NCBI GenBank assembly: GCA_028282585.1 | Contig: JANQHR010000114.1 | Coordinates: 1 to 40,549, forward strand | DNA length: 40,549 nt | DNA from: Bacteroidales bacterium | GTDB lineage: Bacteria; Bacteroidota; Bacteroidia; Bacteroidales; UBA12077 | Direction: 5' to 3' | Shown: in pieces, positions 20,138-29,458 of the stretch | Position numbering within the stretch: position 1 is the stretch's first letter | Layout of the letters: every line of letters starts with the position of its first letter | Notes under the pieces: model-generated | The model's database searches: none | The model's input: only the letters and a program-made list of their open reading frames with translations | What the model was told of the DNA's origin: nothing | Made by a program: the position numbers and the translations under genes

Positions 20138-21676
20138 CTATTTAGCTACTCTTTCTAACCATTTTAACAATACAATCATAGTAGTCATAGAAATTAAGCA
20201 TGCTACAACGAAGATTGTCCATGTTGCCCAGATTGGAATACTTTCATAGAAAATTGCTCCAATAAATAATAATTGATTACCAACTGCAGTTGCTCCTAAC
20301 CATAATCCCTGCATAATACCCTGGTATTGCGGTGGAGAAACCTTAGAAACAAATGAAATTCCTAAAGGACTAATGAATAATTCTGCTACAGTTAAAATGA
20401 AGTATGTACCAATCAATAGGAAAGGAGTTACTTTAAGTGATTGGTCTAAACCACCCTGTGCTTTAAGATCTCTTAATAATGGAAGATCCGAAGAGCCTAC
20501 AGCCATAAGTAAGTATGCTAATGCAGCAATGAACATACCGATAGCAATTTTTTTAGGAGTGCTTGGTTCTATTCCTTTGTTACGTAAGTATCCGAATAAA
20601 CCAACAATAATTGGAGTTAAGAATACAACAAAGAAAGGATTAACCGATTGGAATAATTCAGCACCTACAAGCTTTAAACCGCCAAGGTTAATATTAATTG
20701 AACTTAGGTCAGTATAATCTTTAGCAAAATATGTTAATGTTAAACCATTTTGATGGAAAGAAAACCAGAAGAAAATTACAACGCCAAATACTGCAAATAA
20801 TGCGTAAAGTCTTTGTTTAACTTCTTTAGGGTCCATTTTAATTTCAGTTGAACCTGATGTAGCTGCGGCTGCAGCTTTTGCTTTAACATCCGGAAAACGG
20901 TTTTTATTTGATAAGTAAATAACTAAAGAAATTAACATTGCGCCAATAGCAATTGCAAATGCATAGTGGAACCCCGTTGTAAATACGTTCAAATATTCAT
21001 TTGCAAATTCACTCATGTTGGTTACATTTCCATTAATTGTTGCAGCATTTGCTGCTTCAGTTAATGCAGCTGAAGTTTGCTCAGTTAAAGTTCCGTTTAT
21101 TTGTTGGTGACATAGCGCAGGTAAACCAGCATCATATTCAAAACCATTACGCTGTAACCACCAGTTTCTGATACCTACAGCAGTAAAAGGAGCAAATACG
21201 GCACCTACATTAATAAACATATAAAATATTTGGAAACCTGAATCTCTTACTTTATCAAATTTTGGGTCGTCATACATCTGACCAACTAAAGCCTGCAAAT
21301 TACCTTTAAATAAACCATTACCAAAAGCAATTACAAAAAGAGCAATACATGAAAGTATTAAGAATAATGTTTGATTAGGTACAGGTGTCGGAGTAGGGTA
21401 AGCTAGTATTACATATCCGATTGTCATGGTAACAATACCAACTAGTATTGTTCCCTTAAAATTCTTTAATCTATCAGCAATTATACCACCAACTAGTGCT
21501 AGCATATAAATAGAAAAGTAAAATACTGAATAGATGATACCAGCATTTGTTTCATCAAGGCTAAATTTAGCTTGTAAGAATAATACAAGTATAGCCATCA
21601 TCGTGTAGAAACCAAATCGCTCACCCATATTCGCAAGTGCTGCAGCAATTAAACCTTTCGGTTGTCCTTTAAACAT
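20138..21676 (-). CDS. POT/PTR2-family proton-dependent oligopeptide transporter
   Basis: NMGERFGFYTM (ExxERF-like), GNGLFKGN, FYMFINVGA, AELFISPLG. Confidence 0.95.
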   Translation of the reverse strand: MFKGQPKGLIAAALANMGERFGFYTMMAILVLFLQAKFSLDETNAGIIYSVFYFSIYMLALVGGIIADRLKNFKGTILVGIVTMTIGYVILAYPTPTPVPNQTLFLILSCIALFVIAFGNGLFKGNLQALVGQMYDDPKFDKVRDSGFQIFYMFINVGAVFAPFTAVGIRNWWLQRNGFEYDAGLPALCHQQINGTLTEQTSAALTEAANAATINGNVTNMSEFANEYLNVFTTGFHYAFAIAIGAMLISLVIYLSNKNRFPDVKAKAAAAATSGSTEIKMDPKEVKQRLYALFAVFGVVIFFWFSFHQNGLTLTYFAKDYTDLSSININLGGLKLVGAELFQSVNPFFVVFLTPIIVGLFGYLRNKGIEPSTPKKIAIGMFIAALAYLLMAVGSSDLPLLRDLKAQGGLDQSLKVTPFLLIGTYFILTVAELFISPLGISFVSKVSPPQYQGIMQGLWLGATAVGNQLLFIGAIFYESIPIWATWTIFVVACLISMTTMIVLLKWLERVAK

Positions 21677-21728
21677 AATTTTTAATTTTAGTTAATATTA
21701 ATTTTCAATATCTTAAATTTCGGAATGA

Positions 21729-21758
21729 CAAATATAAAAATCTTTTTTTTGAGACCAA
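21729..21758 (-). promoter_or_regulatory. Bacteroidota promoter of the POT transporter
   Basis: TTG, 19-nt spacer, TATATTTG on the minus strand. Confidence 0.65.
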
Positions 21759-22008
21759 GTTTTTAAATGAAGGTTTAATACTATTTAATTGATTGAAATA
21801 ATGGAATTATAGCAAATACAGATGATTAAAATTGATTCAGATTTTGTATTGAGATTAACCCTGAAAAACTCTAATTTTTTATTATAATACAGGTTGATCT
21901 TAACAAGAAACAATAAATAGAATAAATCGATAAACAGTTTATTATTTCTTCTTTAAAAGATTAATTCATAAGTTTATGAGTCAATCAGATTAAAAAAAGT
22001 TTACCACT

Positions 22009-23514
22009 ATGAAGATACTGAAATCATCGCAGATAAGAGATGTTGATGCTTATACAATAAAAAACGAGCCTATTGAATCTATTAATTTAATGGAACGGGC
22101 TGCAATGACCATTACAAAATGGATTAATGAAAATATTTCTAAAGATAAAAGTATAAAGATTTTTGCAGGGCCAGGAAATAATGGTGGTGATGCTTTAGCA
22201 ATTGCCCGGCAACTGAAGGATTACAAATCTGAAGTTTATTTGCTGAAAATTTCCAATAAACTCTCTGTAGATTGCCAGATAAACCTGGACAGGTTAACAG
22301 AATCCGGGATTAATGTAAAAGCGATTGAAGCTAAAAAAGATTTCCCCAAAATAGGTAAAAATGATGTTGTACTCGAAGGGTTGTTTGGATCAGGTTTAAC
22401 AAGAAGGTTGGAAGGTTTACCTAAAGAACTTGTTATTTATTTAAACGAATCTGGTGCTGATATCATTTCAATTGATATACCTTCGGGTTTATTTGGAGAG
22501 GATAATACTGAAAATGATTTTGAAGCGATCATAAGAGCTAAAAACACTTTAACATTTCAATTACCAAAACTTTCTTTTATGTTGGCTGATAATGAAAATT
22601 ACGTTGGCGGCTGGGAAGTATTACCTATCGGGTTAAATGAAGATTTTATCAATAAACAGGAGTCCGGTTTTTATTATGTTGATAATGATTATGTCAAAAA
22701 AGGTTTGAAAACACGTTCCAAATTTTCGCATAAGGGAACTTACGGACATGTTTTGTTAGTTGCAGGTAGTTATGGAAAAATGGGAGCAGCTATTTTAGGA
22801 GCAAAAGCGGCATTAAGAAGTGGTTCGGGACTGGTAACTGTTCATGTTCCAAAAATTGGGTATGAAATTATGCAAACTGCAGTACCTGAAGCAATGATAA
22901 GCATCGATTGGTCGGATATTATCTATACTCACGTCCCGGATCCGGAAAATTATACTGCCATAGGAATAGGTCCGGGAATCGGAACAAAAAAAAATACACA
23001 CAAAGGATTAGCAAATTTATTGGAGTTAACCTCCAAACCAGTGATAGTTGATGCGGATGGATTAAATATTTTATCAGAAAATAGAGAACTGATTAAAAAG
23101 TTACCTCAAAATAGTATTTTAACCCCACATCCAAAGGAATTTGAAAGATTAATTGGAAAGCCAACTAAAGGTTTGGAACGAATTCAAGAGCAAATTAACT
23201 TTTCCACAACCAATCAAGTTTATCTTGTTTTAAAAGGAGCCTATACTTCTATAAGCTGCCCGGATGGAAGCTGCTATTTTAATTCTACGGGTAACCCGGG
23301 AATGGCAACTGCTGGTAGTGGTGATGTACTAACCGGGATAATACTTTCGTTATTAGGTCAGAATTATGAATCCAAAATGGCAGCAATTATTGGTGTATAT
23401 TTGCATGGATTATCAGGTGATTTAGCTTCGGAAATGATGGGAGAGGAATCGGTAATTGCATCAGATATAATAGAGAGCTTAGGAGCTGCATTTAATTTTA
23501 TAAAAGAAATATAG
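22009..23514 (+). CDS. nnr: Bifunctional NAD(P)H-hydrate epimerase/dehydratase
   Basis: LMERAA, GPGNNGGDAL, DIPSG (YjeF_N); HKGTYG, VDADGLN, TPHPKEF, ATAGSGDVLTG. Confidence 0.95.
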   Translation: MKILKSSQIRDVDAYTIKNEPIESINLMERAAMTITKWINENISKDKSIKIFAGPGNNGGDALAIARQLKDYKSEVYLLKISNKLSVDCQINLDRLTESGINVKAIEAKKDFPKIGKNDVVLEGLFGSGLTRRLEGLPKELVIYLNESGADIISIDIPSGLFGEDNTENDFEAIIRAKNTLTFQLPKLSFMLADNENYVGGWEVLPIGLNEDFINKQESGFYYVDNDYVKKGLKTRSKFSHKGTYGHVLLVAGSYGKMGAAILGAKAALRSGSGLVTVHVPKIGYEIMQTAVPEAMISIDWSDIIYTHVPDPENYTAIGIGPGIGTKKNTHKGLANLLELTSKPVIVDADGLNILSENRELIKKLPQNSILTPHPKEFERLIGKPTKGLERIQEQINFSTTNQVYLVLKGAYTSISCPDGSCYFNSTGNPGMATAGSGDVLTGIILSLLGQNYESKMAAIIGVYLHGLSGDLASEMMGEESVIASDIIESLGAAFNFIKEI

Positions 23515-23641
23515 AAAATAACTTAACAGTTGATGATTAAACAGATGTTTTTCACGCCACAACCAGTCGACTGGCAGGCTTTAGGAATGAGGTAAATAAA
23601 GAAAACGTAAGATATGGAACTAAAAAAAAATAAACAATAAC

Positions 23642-24787
23642 ATGAAAAAAGTAGCATTTATATATATCATTTTAATTGTATTTTCATCTTGTAAATCAAC
23701 TTCGGAAACAAGGACAAGCAAAATAAACCAGAATAGTTTAATATCGGAATCAGGAATAATTTATGCTTTGCCGAGAACAAACCTGGTGTTTAAGGTTGAG
23801 GCGTCGAAAACAGAAATTTTTCCCGGACCATATCATGAATACGCCGAAAAGTATATGGGTTTGGAAAACGTACCTGAAGAGAGGGAAACCATTTGGAACA
23901 TTACCAATATAGAAATTAAAACCTACCGGGATATTGATCCTGAGCAATACTATATGATTGAACCTTCGGGAAAAATGAATATCGATTTCGATAAATTATT
24001 TGAGAATGGAACTATTTTATCTGTCAATAAATCAGTTGAATCGGAATTTCCAACTAAATTTTATGGCAGTACTTCTAATAAGAATGAAATTGTATTTACC
24101 GATTTAAGTGTTACCAAATATGTTGGTAAGGAAGAGGTAACATTCTTTAAACGTGTACAGCGCGATTCTTTATTTGCTAAAGTGCCGGTTACACAAACCA
24201 AATCGGTTTATAAATCATTTGAAGAAAAAGCAGCAGAAGCTGCCAATTTCATTTTTATGATTCGTGAAAAACGTTTTGAGCTATTAACCGGAATGGCCGA
24301 TTTTTATCCGGAAGGAAACTCTTTACAAGTTGCTATTGATGAACTGAACAGGTTGGAAAATGATTACCTGGAACTATTTATTGGTAAAAGATTCGTAAGT
24401 AATTATGGTGCAACTTTCGATTTTGTCCCTACCCAAAAAGAACTGGAACAGCCTTATATTTTATTCCGTTTTAACGAAGAGAAAGGATTGCTTTCGGCAA
24501 ATGATTTACGGGGCCGGCCAATTATTATAGAACTAGAAAAAAAGGATAAAAACAAGAATCTTAAATTTTTAATGGATGATAAAGTAAACCGTGAAGGATT
24601 GGAATACAAAAATAAATTGTATTATAGAGTACCGGACCTTGCCCGGGTAAAGGTTTTCGATGGGAATACCTTACTGGCAACTCGAAAGGTAAATGTAGAA
24701 CAATATGGTGAGGTATTGATGTTCCCATCCATGTTTTTGATGGACGAAGAAAAGTTTATAGAGTTTTACAGAGAAGAGGATGAATAA
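23642..24787 (+). CDS. DUF4831-like lipoprotein
   Basis: Lipobox FSSC; GIIYALPRT, PGPY..YAEKY.G, YLELFIGK, YYRVP, EQYG; usual neighbour of nnr in Bacteroidales (from memory). Confidence 0.75.
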   Translation: MKKVAFIYIILIVFSSCKSTSETRTSKINQNSLISESGIIYALPRTNLVFKVEASKTEIFPGPYHEYAEKYMGLENVPEERETIWNITNIEIKTYRDIDPEQYYMIEPSGKMNIDFDKLFENGTILSVNKSVESEFPTKFYGSTSNKNEIVFTDLSVTKYVGKEEVTFFKRVQRDSLFAKVPVTQTKSVYKSFEEKAAEAANFIFMIREKRFELLTGMADFYPEGNSLQVAIDELNRLENDYLELFIGKRFVSNYGATFDFVPTQKELEQPYILFRFNEEKGLLSANDLRGRPIIIELEKKDKNKNLKFLMDDKVNREGLEYKNKLYYRVPDLARVKVFDGNTLLATRKVNVEQYGEVLMFPSMFLMDEEKFIEFYREEDE

Positions 24788-25110
24788 TTCCGTAAAAAGG
24801 AAATAATATGGAACCTTATTTTGGATATCGGTCCTTGTGTATGAAATAGGCAAGAGTTTTGTTGTGTTTTAGTGTTATCCATTGGCCTGTATGCTAATAT
24901 GCAGGGCCTATCTTACTTTGTATGTTTCTAAACAAACATCTTTTTTTTATAAATATTTATCCTTATTTGGTATTAGGTTAATAAATTAAAATTGATTATT
25001 TAAATATTAATTCCTGAAAAATTTTAAATGTGACCCCTTAAAAGAAAAGAATTATTGATTTTAACTGGAGAAATAGACCAGATTTGCAATTAATTGTAAA
25101 AGTAATTTAA

Positions 25111-26175
25111 CTAAAACCATCTTTTTCTTTTAAAATAAAAGAGCATAATAACAGCAACCATTATCATAACACCCCACATGCCAAAATATCCATATTTGAA
25201 ATGTAGCTCAGGAATATTATCGAAATTAGTACCGTATATTCCTGCAATAAAAGTTAAAGGAATAAAGATTGATGCAAATATGGTTAGAACTTTCATTACA
25301 TCATTTACTCTATTACTTATTTTTGTTTGGTACAAATTAATTTGGTCAGAAATCATTATATAATATAAATCAAACGTCTCAATCGCCTGTAAAATTAAAT
25401 CTTCTAAGTCATTCCAATAATTAAAAGTTTCTCTTTCGATTAAACTAAATTCGGACTTTGTTAGTTTTAGAATTATTTCTTTTACTGGTCTTATTGATTT
25501 TCTAACAAAATTCATTTCTGTTTTTTGCATATATAATGTTTCAGCAAGTTGTTTGGTGTCTGTTTTAATAACGTGTTCCTCTTGATTCTCAATTATGCTA
25601 CCTATTTTCTCAATGTTTAATAAATAACTATCAATTATTGTATCTACTAAAGCGTATTGTAAATAATCAGCCTTTCTGGTTCTGATTTTGCCTGAACGGT
25701 TTCTTATTCTTTCTCTTACCGGTTCAAAAAAGTCACCGATTCTTTCCTGTACAGTTAAAATATAGTTGTCTCCAAGTATAAAGGAGATTTGTTCGGTCTG
25801 CAAAACATTGTTATCATTTTCTGAAAAGAAAACTTTTAAAATAATTACCAAATGATTACGGCTTTCAATAACTTTTGATCTATTATCAGTGTTTAGAATA
25901 TCTTCCATTATCAATGCAGGAATATCAAAATCATTCTTAACTTTATTCATTAAGCTTAAATCATGTAAACCATCTATATTAATCCACGTTGTACTATTCT
26001 TGTCTAATAACGCAGAAAAGTCAGAATCTAATTCAACTTCTTTTTCAATAAATTCTTGCTCATTATATTGAATTAATCGAATTTGGCTTTTGTCCATTTT
26101 TTGCTTGCCAATGTGGATTAATGAACCCGGAGCTTTACCAATTGCTTGATTCCTTTTCTTTATAAATCTTGCCAT
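25111..26175 (-). CDS. corA: CorA Mg2+/Co2+ transporter
   Basis: G.APGSLIHIG, WINIDGLHD, EDILNT, MKVLT...FIPLTFIAGIYGTNF..PEL (GMN signature here GTN). Confidence 0.95.
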   Translation of the reverse strand: MARFIKKRNQAIGKAPGSLIHIGKQKMDKSQIRLIQYNEQEFIEKEVELDSDFSALLDKNSTTWINIDGLHDLSLMNKVKNDFDIPALIMEDILNTDNRSKVIESRNHLVIILKVFFSENDNNVLQTEQISFILGDNYILTVQERIGDFFEPVRERIRNRSGKIRTRKADYLQYALVDTIIDSYLLNIEKIGSIIENQEEHVIKTDTKQLAETLYMQKTEMNFVRKSIRPVKEIILKLTKSEFSLIERETFNYWNDLEDLILQAIETFDLYYIMISDQINLYQTKISNRVNDVMKVLTIFASIFIPLTFIAGIYGTNFDNIPELHFKYGYFGMWGVMIMVAVIMLFYFKRKRWF

Positions 26176-26194
26176 AACTTCTTACATGTTTATT

Positions 26195-26224
26195 CAAATT
26201 TAAAGAATCTAATATTTAATCAAA
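26195..26224 (-). promoter_or_regulatory. Promoter of corA
   Basis: TTTG, 18-nt spacer, TAAATTTG on the minus strand. Confidence 0.5.
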
Positions 26225-26315
26225 AGAAATTCTAACTATTTCAAATCTTGTTTAAATTGATAATTGAATCTTATTTTTTTATATTAGATAAACATTTATT
26301 ACAAATCTTACCAAG

Positions 26316-27416
26316 ATGATTGAAAATATTGTTTTATTTATTAATGCCTTACCAATTCCGGTTTTTATACAGGACTTAAATGGTGTTTATTTGGATTGTA
26401 ATGATAGGTTTGCAATTTACCTTGAAGCTGATAAGAATGAAATTATTGGAAAAACTGTAAACGACATCGTAGTCAATAAAGATTTAGCCCAAAAAGCAAT
26501 AGGCTTAAATGAACAGTTAATTGCAAAATCTGAATATGCAGAAGGGCAATATTCTTGGGCTGGAAACTCTGTTGCCAATTCTTATAAGGATTTTGTTGTT
26601 AATAAGTCATTGTTAAGGGATTATGATGGAAATGTATTTGGTATTATAGGCACAATTACCGACCTAAAAAATTATAAAATATTTAAGGAGGAATTGGTAA
26701 AAACTGAGAATATTATAAATCAAAGAGGATTAGATCCTGAAGCTTTAAGGATATTAAACCACGAATTTAGGACTCCTATGAATGCGATCATAGGATTAAC
26801 GGATTTATTGTATAAAACCGAGGAAGATTATGAAAAAAAAGGACTTTTAGAAAAGATAAAAATTAGTAATGAAAGGTTGCTGAAGCTAATTATAAATATA
26901 TTGCAGTTAGCAGAAATAGAATCGGATGAATTTGACTTGGATATTAAAAAAATAAATATAGTTGAAATAATAAAAAGAAGTATTGAAAATTATAAGTATA
27001 AAGCCCAACTAAAGGGTTTAGATTTAAAGTTTAATTACGAAAATGATTCTCCGCTAGAATTACATACATGTAGTTTTGCAGTAACTGTCATACTTTCAAA
27101 TTTATTAAGTAACGCAATTAAGTACAGCATTAAAGGTGAAGTGATTGTCTCTCTAAATCATTCAATTAAGAATGAAAAAGTAATAGTGGAAATCTCTGTC
27201 TCTGATCAAGGTATTGGGATTCCGGAGAAAGAATTAAAGAATATTTTTAAGAAATATGTTAAAATTGAGAAAGAACATGAGGAATTCTTCGATGGAGCTG
27301 GTTTAGGGCTTAATATTGTAAAACAAATAGTTGAAGCAATGAAAGGAAAAATCTATACACAAAGTAGCATAGATGTTGGCACGGTTTTTACAGTTCTTTT
27401 TCCTGTAAGTTTATAG
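26316..27416 (+). CDS. Cytoplasmic PAS-domain sensor histidine kinase (no cognate response regulator nearby)
   Basis: PAS (LPIPVFIQDLNG.Y..CN..F), H-box HEFRTPMNAIIG, N-box NLLSNAIKY, DQGIGI, GAGLGL; no TM segment. Confidence 0.9.
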   Translation: MIENIVLFINALPIPVFIQDLNGVYLDCNDRFAIYLEADKNEIIGKTVNDIVVNKDLAQKAIGLNEQLIAKSEYAEGQYSWAGNSVANSYKDFVVNKSLLRDYDGNVFGIIGTITDLKNYKIFKEELVKTENIINQRGLDPEALRILNHEFRTPMNAIIGLTDLLYKTEEDYEKKGLLEKIKISNERLLKLIINILQLAEIESDEFDLDIKKINIVEIIKRSIENYKYKAQLKGLDLKFNYENDSPLELHTCSFAVTVILSNLLSNAIKYSIKGEVIVSLNHSIKNEKVIVEISVSDQGIGIPEKELKNIFKKYVKIEKEHEEFFDGAGLGLNIVKQIVEAMKGKIYTQSSIDVGTVFTVLFPVSL

Positions 27417-27436
27417 GATAATTTATATATGGATTC

Positions 27437-28351
27437 TTATTTTTTGATATTAAGTTCTAATGGATTGATTTTTTCTCCCCAATAAACCGTTGTATGTGGA
27501 AATGGAATTTCAATACCTTTTTTATCAAAAACTTTCTTAAGCCTTTTTCGATATTCACGACCTGCAGCCCATTGCTCACCAGGTATAGTTTTTAATCTTG
27601 CTCTAATTACCACCGCGCTATCAGCAAATTTATCTAAACCATAAATTTCGATGGTTTCAAGTAATTTATCTTTATAATTTGCATCATTAAACATGCTTTC
27701 TCCAACTTCTTTCATTGTTTGAATTACATTGTCAATATCTTCTTTATAAGCAACTCCTATTTCAAGAATAGTTGCTGACCACTCTTTGGTCATATTTGCT
27801 AAACTGTTTATTTTACCATTTTGAAATACATGCACAACTCCTGAGAAATCTCTCAATGTTATTGTACGTAATTCTATGCTTTCTATTAATCCGATTGTTC
27901 CATTAATTATGGCATAATCTCCTGAACGAACTTGATTCTCCAACAAAACAAAAAAACCAGAGATAACATCTCTTACTAACTCTTGAGCTCCAAAGCCAAT
28001 TGCTAAACCCACAATTCCAGCACCTGCCAAAATTGGCCCAATATCTAAACCAATTTTTTTAAGGATAGTCATTAAAAAGACTAACCAAACTATAATCTTT
28101 CCTAAACCACTTAGTATACCTAACAAAGTATTAATTCTTTTGCTGGCTTCAATTGTATTATATTTTGGGCTTTTTGTAGCATGCCTAATTAATATTTTCT
28201 TCAATCTCCTGATAAGTATTTTAATAATTTTCAATGAAACAAACAGCAATACTATTAAGAGAAGAATCATAGGTAAATTGCCAACCGACCATTCAATTAG
28301 TCTTCGAAATAATTCATTCCAAAAATCCTGTGTAAAAATTTCTTGCATCAT
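27437..28351 (-). CDS. mscS: MscS-family mechanosensitive channel (YbiO-like)
   Basis: AGAGIVGLAIGFGAQELVRDVISGFFVLLENQ..GD; GIEIPFP. ATG at 28351 preferred over the track's TTG at 28369; TATATTTG -7 element at 28382-28389. Confidence 0.92.
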   Translation of the reverse strand: MMQEIFTQDFWNELFRRLIEWSVGNLPMILLLIVLLFVSLKIIKILIRRLKKILIRHATKSPKYNTIEASKRINTLLGILSGLGKIIVWLVFLMTILKKIGLDIGPILAGAGIVGLAIGFGAQELVRDVISGFFVLLENQVRSGDYAIINGTIGLIESIELRTITLRDFSGVVHVFQNGKINSLANMTKEWSATILEIGVAYKEDIDNVIQTMKEVGESMFNDANYKDKLLETIEIYGLDKFADSAVVIRARLKTIPGEQWAAGREYRKRLKKVFDKKGIEIPFPHTTVYWGEKINPLELNIKK

Positions 28352-28614
28352 AGTTTCAACATTTTGCAATTACAAGTAAATCAAATATACGAATTAATTT
28401 AGTATGCATTTCTCAAAGAGTTTAAATTGAAATCATGTTTATAGGTAATATAGAAGCAAGCAGGAATAGTTATTCGTGCTCAATATTATTAAATAAAATA
28501 CCTGTTAAACAGCTAATTTATACAATTGAAATGTTATTCTTTAAAGATCATAGAATTTTAATAACAAAAATTTATATTCTCACTACAAAAAACTGTCACA
28601 CATCATTTAGACAA

Positions 28615-28656
28615 GCCATTTTGTCTTATCTTTAAACCTTAACGTGTCAATATGGC
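28615..28656. promoter_or_regulatory. Pair of imperfect palindromes G(C/T)CA-N3-TG(G/T)C, candidate enhancer sites upstream of hsp20
   Basis: GCCATTTTGTC (28615-28625) and GTCAATATGGC (28646-28656), 31 bp apart. Confidence 0.45.
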
Positions 28657-28759
28657 GCAATTATTAAAAGTTGGTAAAATATTATAATAGTTATTTTTTT
28701 ATGTAAAATCCTGTTTATCTGTCTGTAATGTTTGTTATTTTAATGTGAAAAGTTTCATT

Positions 28760-28774
28760 TGGTATACAATTTGG
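28760..28774 (+). promoter_or_regulatory. Sigma54-like -24/-12 promoter of hsp20
   Basis: TGGTAT-ACAAT-TTGG, i.e. GG-N10-GG versus consensus TGGCAC-N5-TTGC. Confidence 0.55.
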
Positions 28775-28844
28775 AAATTCCAAAATGAAAATAAAAACAC
28801 TTTTAATAATTTCTAAAGTTTAACTAAAAATGGAGGATACAGTT

Positions 28845-29297
28845 ATGACACTAACTAAATTAAGAAACGATTGGATGCCATCATTTCCTTCTTTGATAGA
28901 TAGATTTTTTGAAGGAGATTTGATGGATTGGAACAGTACTAACTATGCAGGAACTAATTCTACTTTACCTGCAGTAAATGTTAGAGAGAACCAAGATGAA
29001 TTTCAGATTGAGGTAGCTGCTCCCGGAATGAAAAAAGACGATTTTAAAATCAATTATGATAATGGAAGGTTAACTATCTCTTCTGAAAAGAAAAATGAAC
29101 GCGAAGAAAAAGAAGGTGAAAGAGTATCTCGTAAGGAGTTCAGTTATCAATCTTTCCAACGTTCATTCACAGTTTCTCAGAATGCTGTTGTTGCTGACAA
29201 AATTACGGCAAACTATGAAGATGGAATACTTAATATTACTTTACCAAAACGCGAAGAGGTTAAACCAAAACCTGCGAGAGAAATAAAAATCAAATAA
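28845..29297 (+). CDS. Hsp20/alpha-crystallin small heat-shock protein
   Basis: PAVNVRE, EVAAPGMKK.DF, EFSYQSFQRSF, A.YEDGIL.ITLPK. ATG at 28845 (MTLTK) preferred because GGAGG lies 8 nt upstream; alternative ATG at 28830. Confidence 0.95.
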   Translation: MTLTKLRNDWMPSFPSLIDRFFEGDLMDWNSTNYAGTNSTLPAVNVRENQDEFQIEVAAPGMKKDDFKINYDNGRLTISSEKKNEREEKEGERVSRKEFSYQSFQRSFTVSQNAVVADKITANYEDGILNITLPKREEVKPKPAREIKIK

Positions 29298-29309
29298 TTT
29301 TTAAAAAGT

Positions 29310-29406
29310 CTTAGTGTTCTTTGTGCCTGCTTTGTGAAACTTTGTGGTATAATTATAAAAGGCTGTTACACAGAGAACCACAAAGAAGACACAAAGTTAC
29401 TCAAAG
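29310..29406. repeat. REP/MITE-like inverted-repeat element built of CTTTGTG/CACAAAG heptamers
   Basis: Left arm CTTAGTG, CTTTGTG x3 (29310-29346); right arm CACAGAG, CACAAAG x2, CTCAAAG (29369-29406). Confidence 0.7.
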
Positions 29407-29458
29407 TAAAAAATACAAACAAAATTCAACTATTGTACTTTTGGGACACCCCCTTTTA

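Noticed and set aside
24788-25110. ncRNA or riboswitch in the DUF4831-corA gap (hairpin GGCCTGTAT...ATGCAGGGCC)
   Set aside because: Lies between convergent 3' ends; no recognisable RNA family motif; a terminator-like hairpin is sufficient explanation
28435-28635. 66-aa ORF between mscS and hsp20
   Set aside because: No recognisable motif; overlaps candidate regulatory sites in AT-rich DNA
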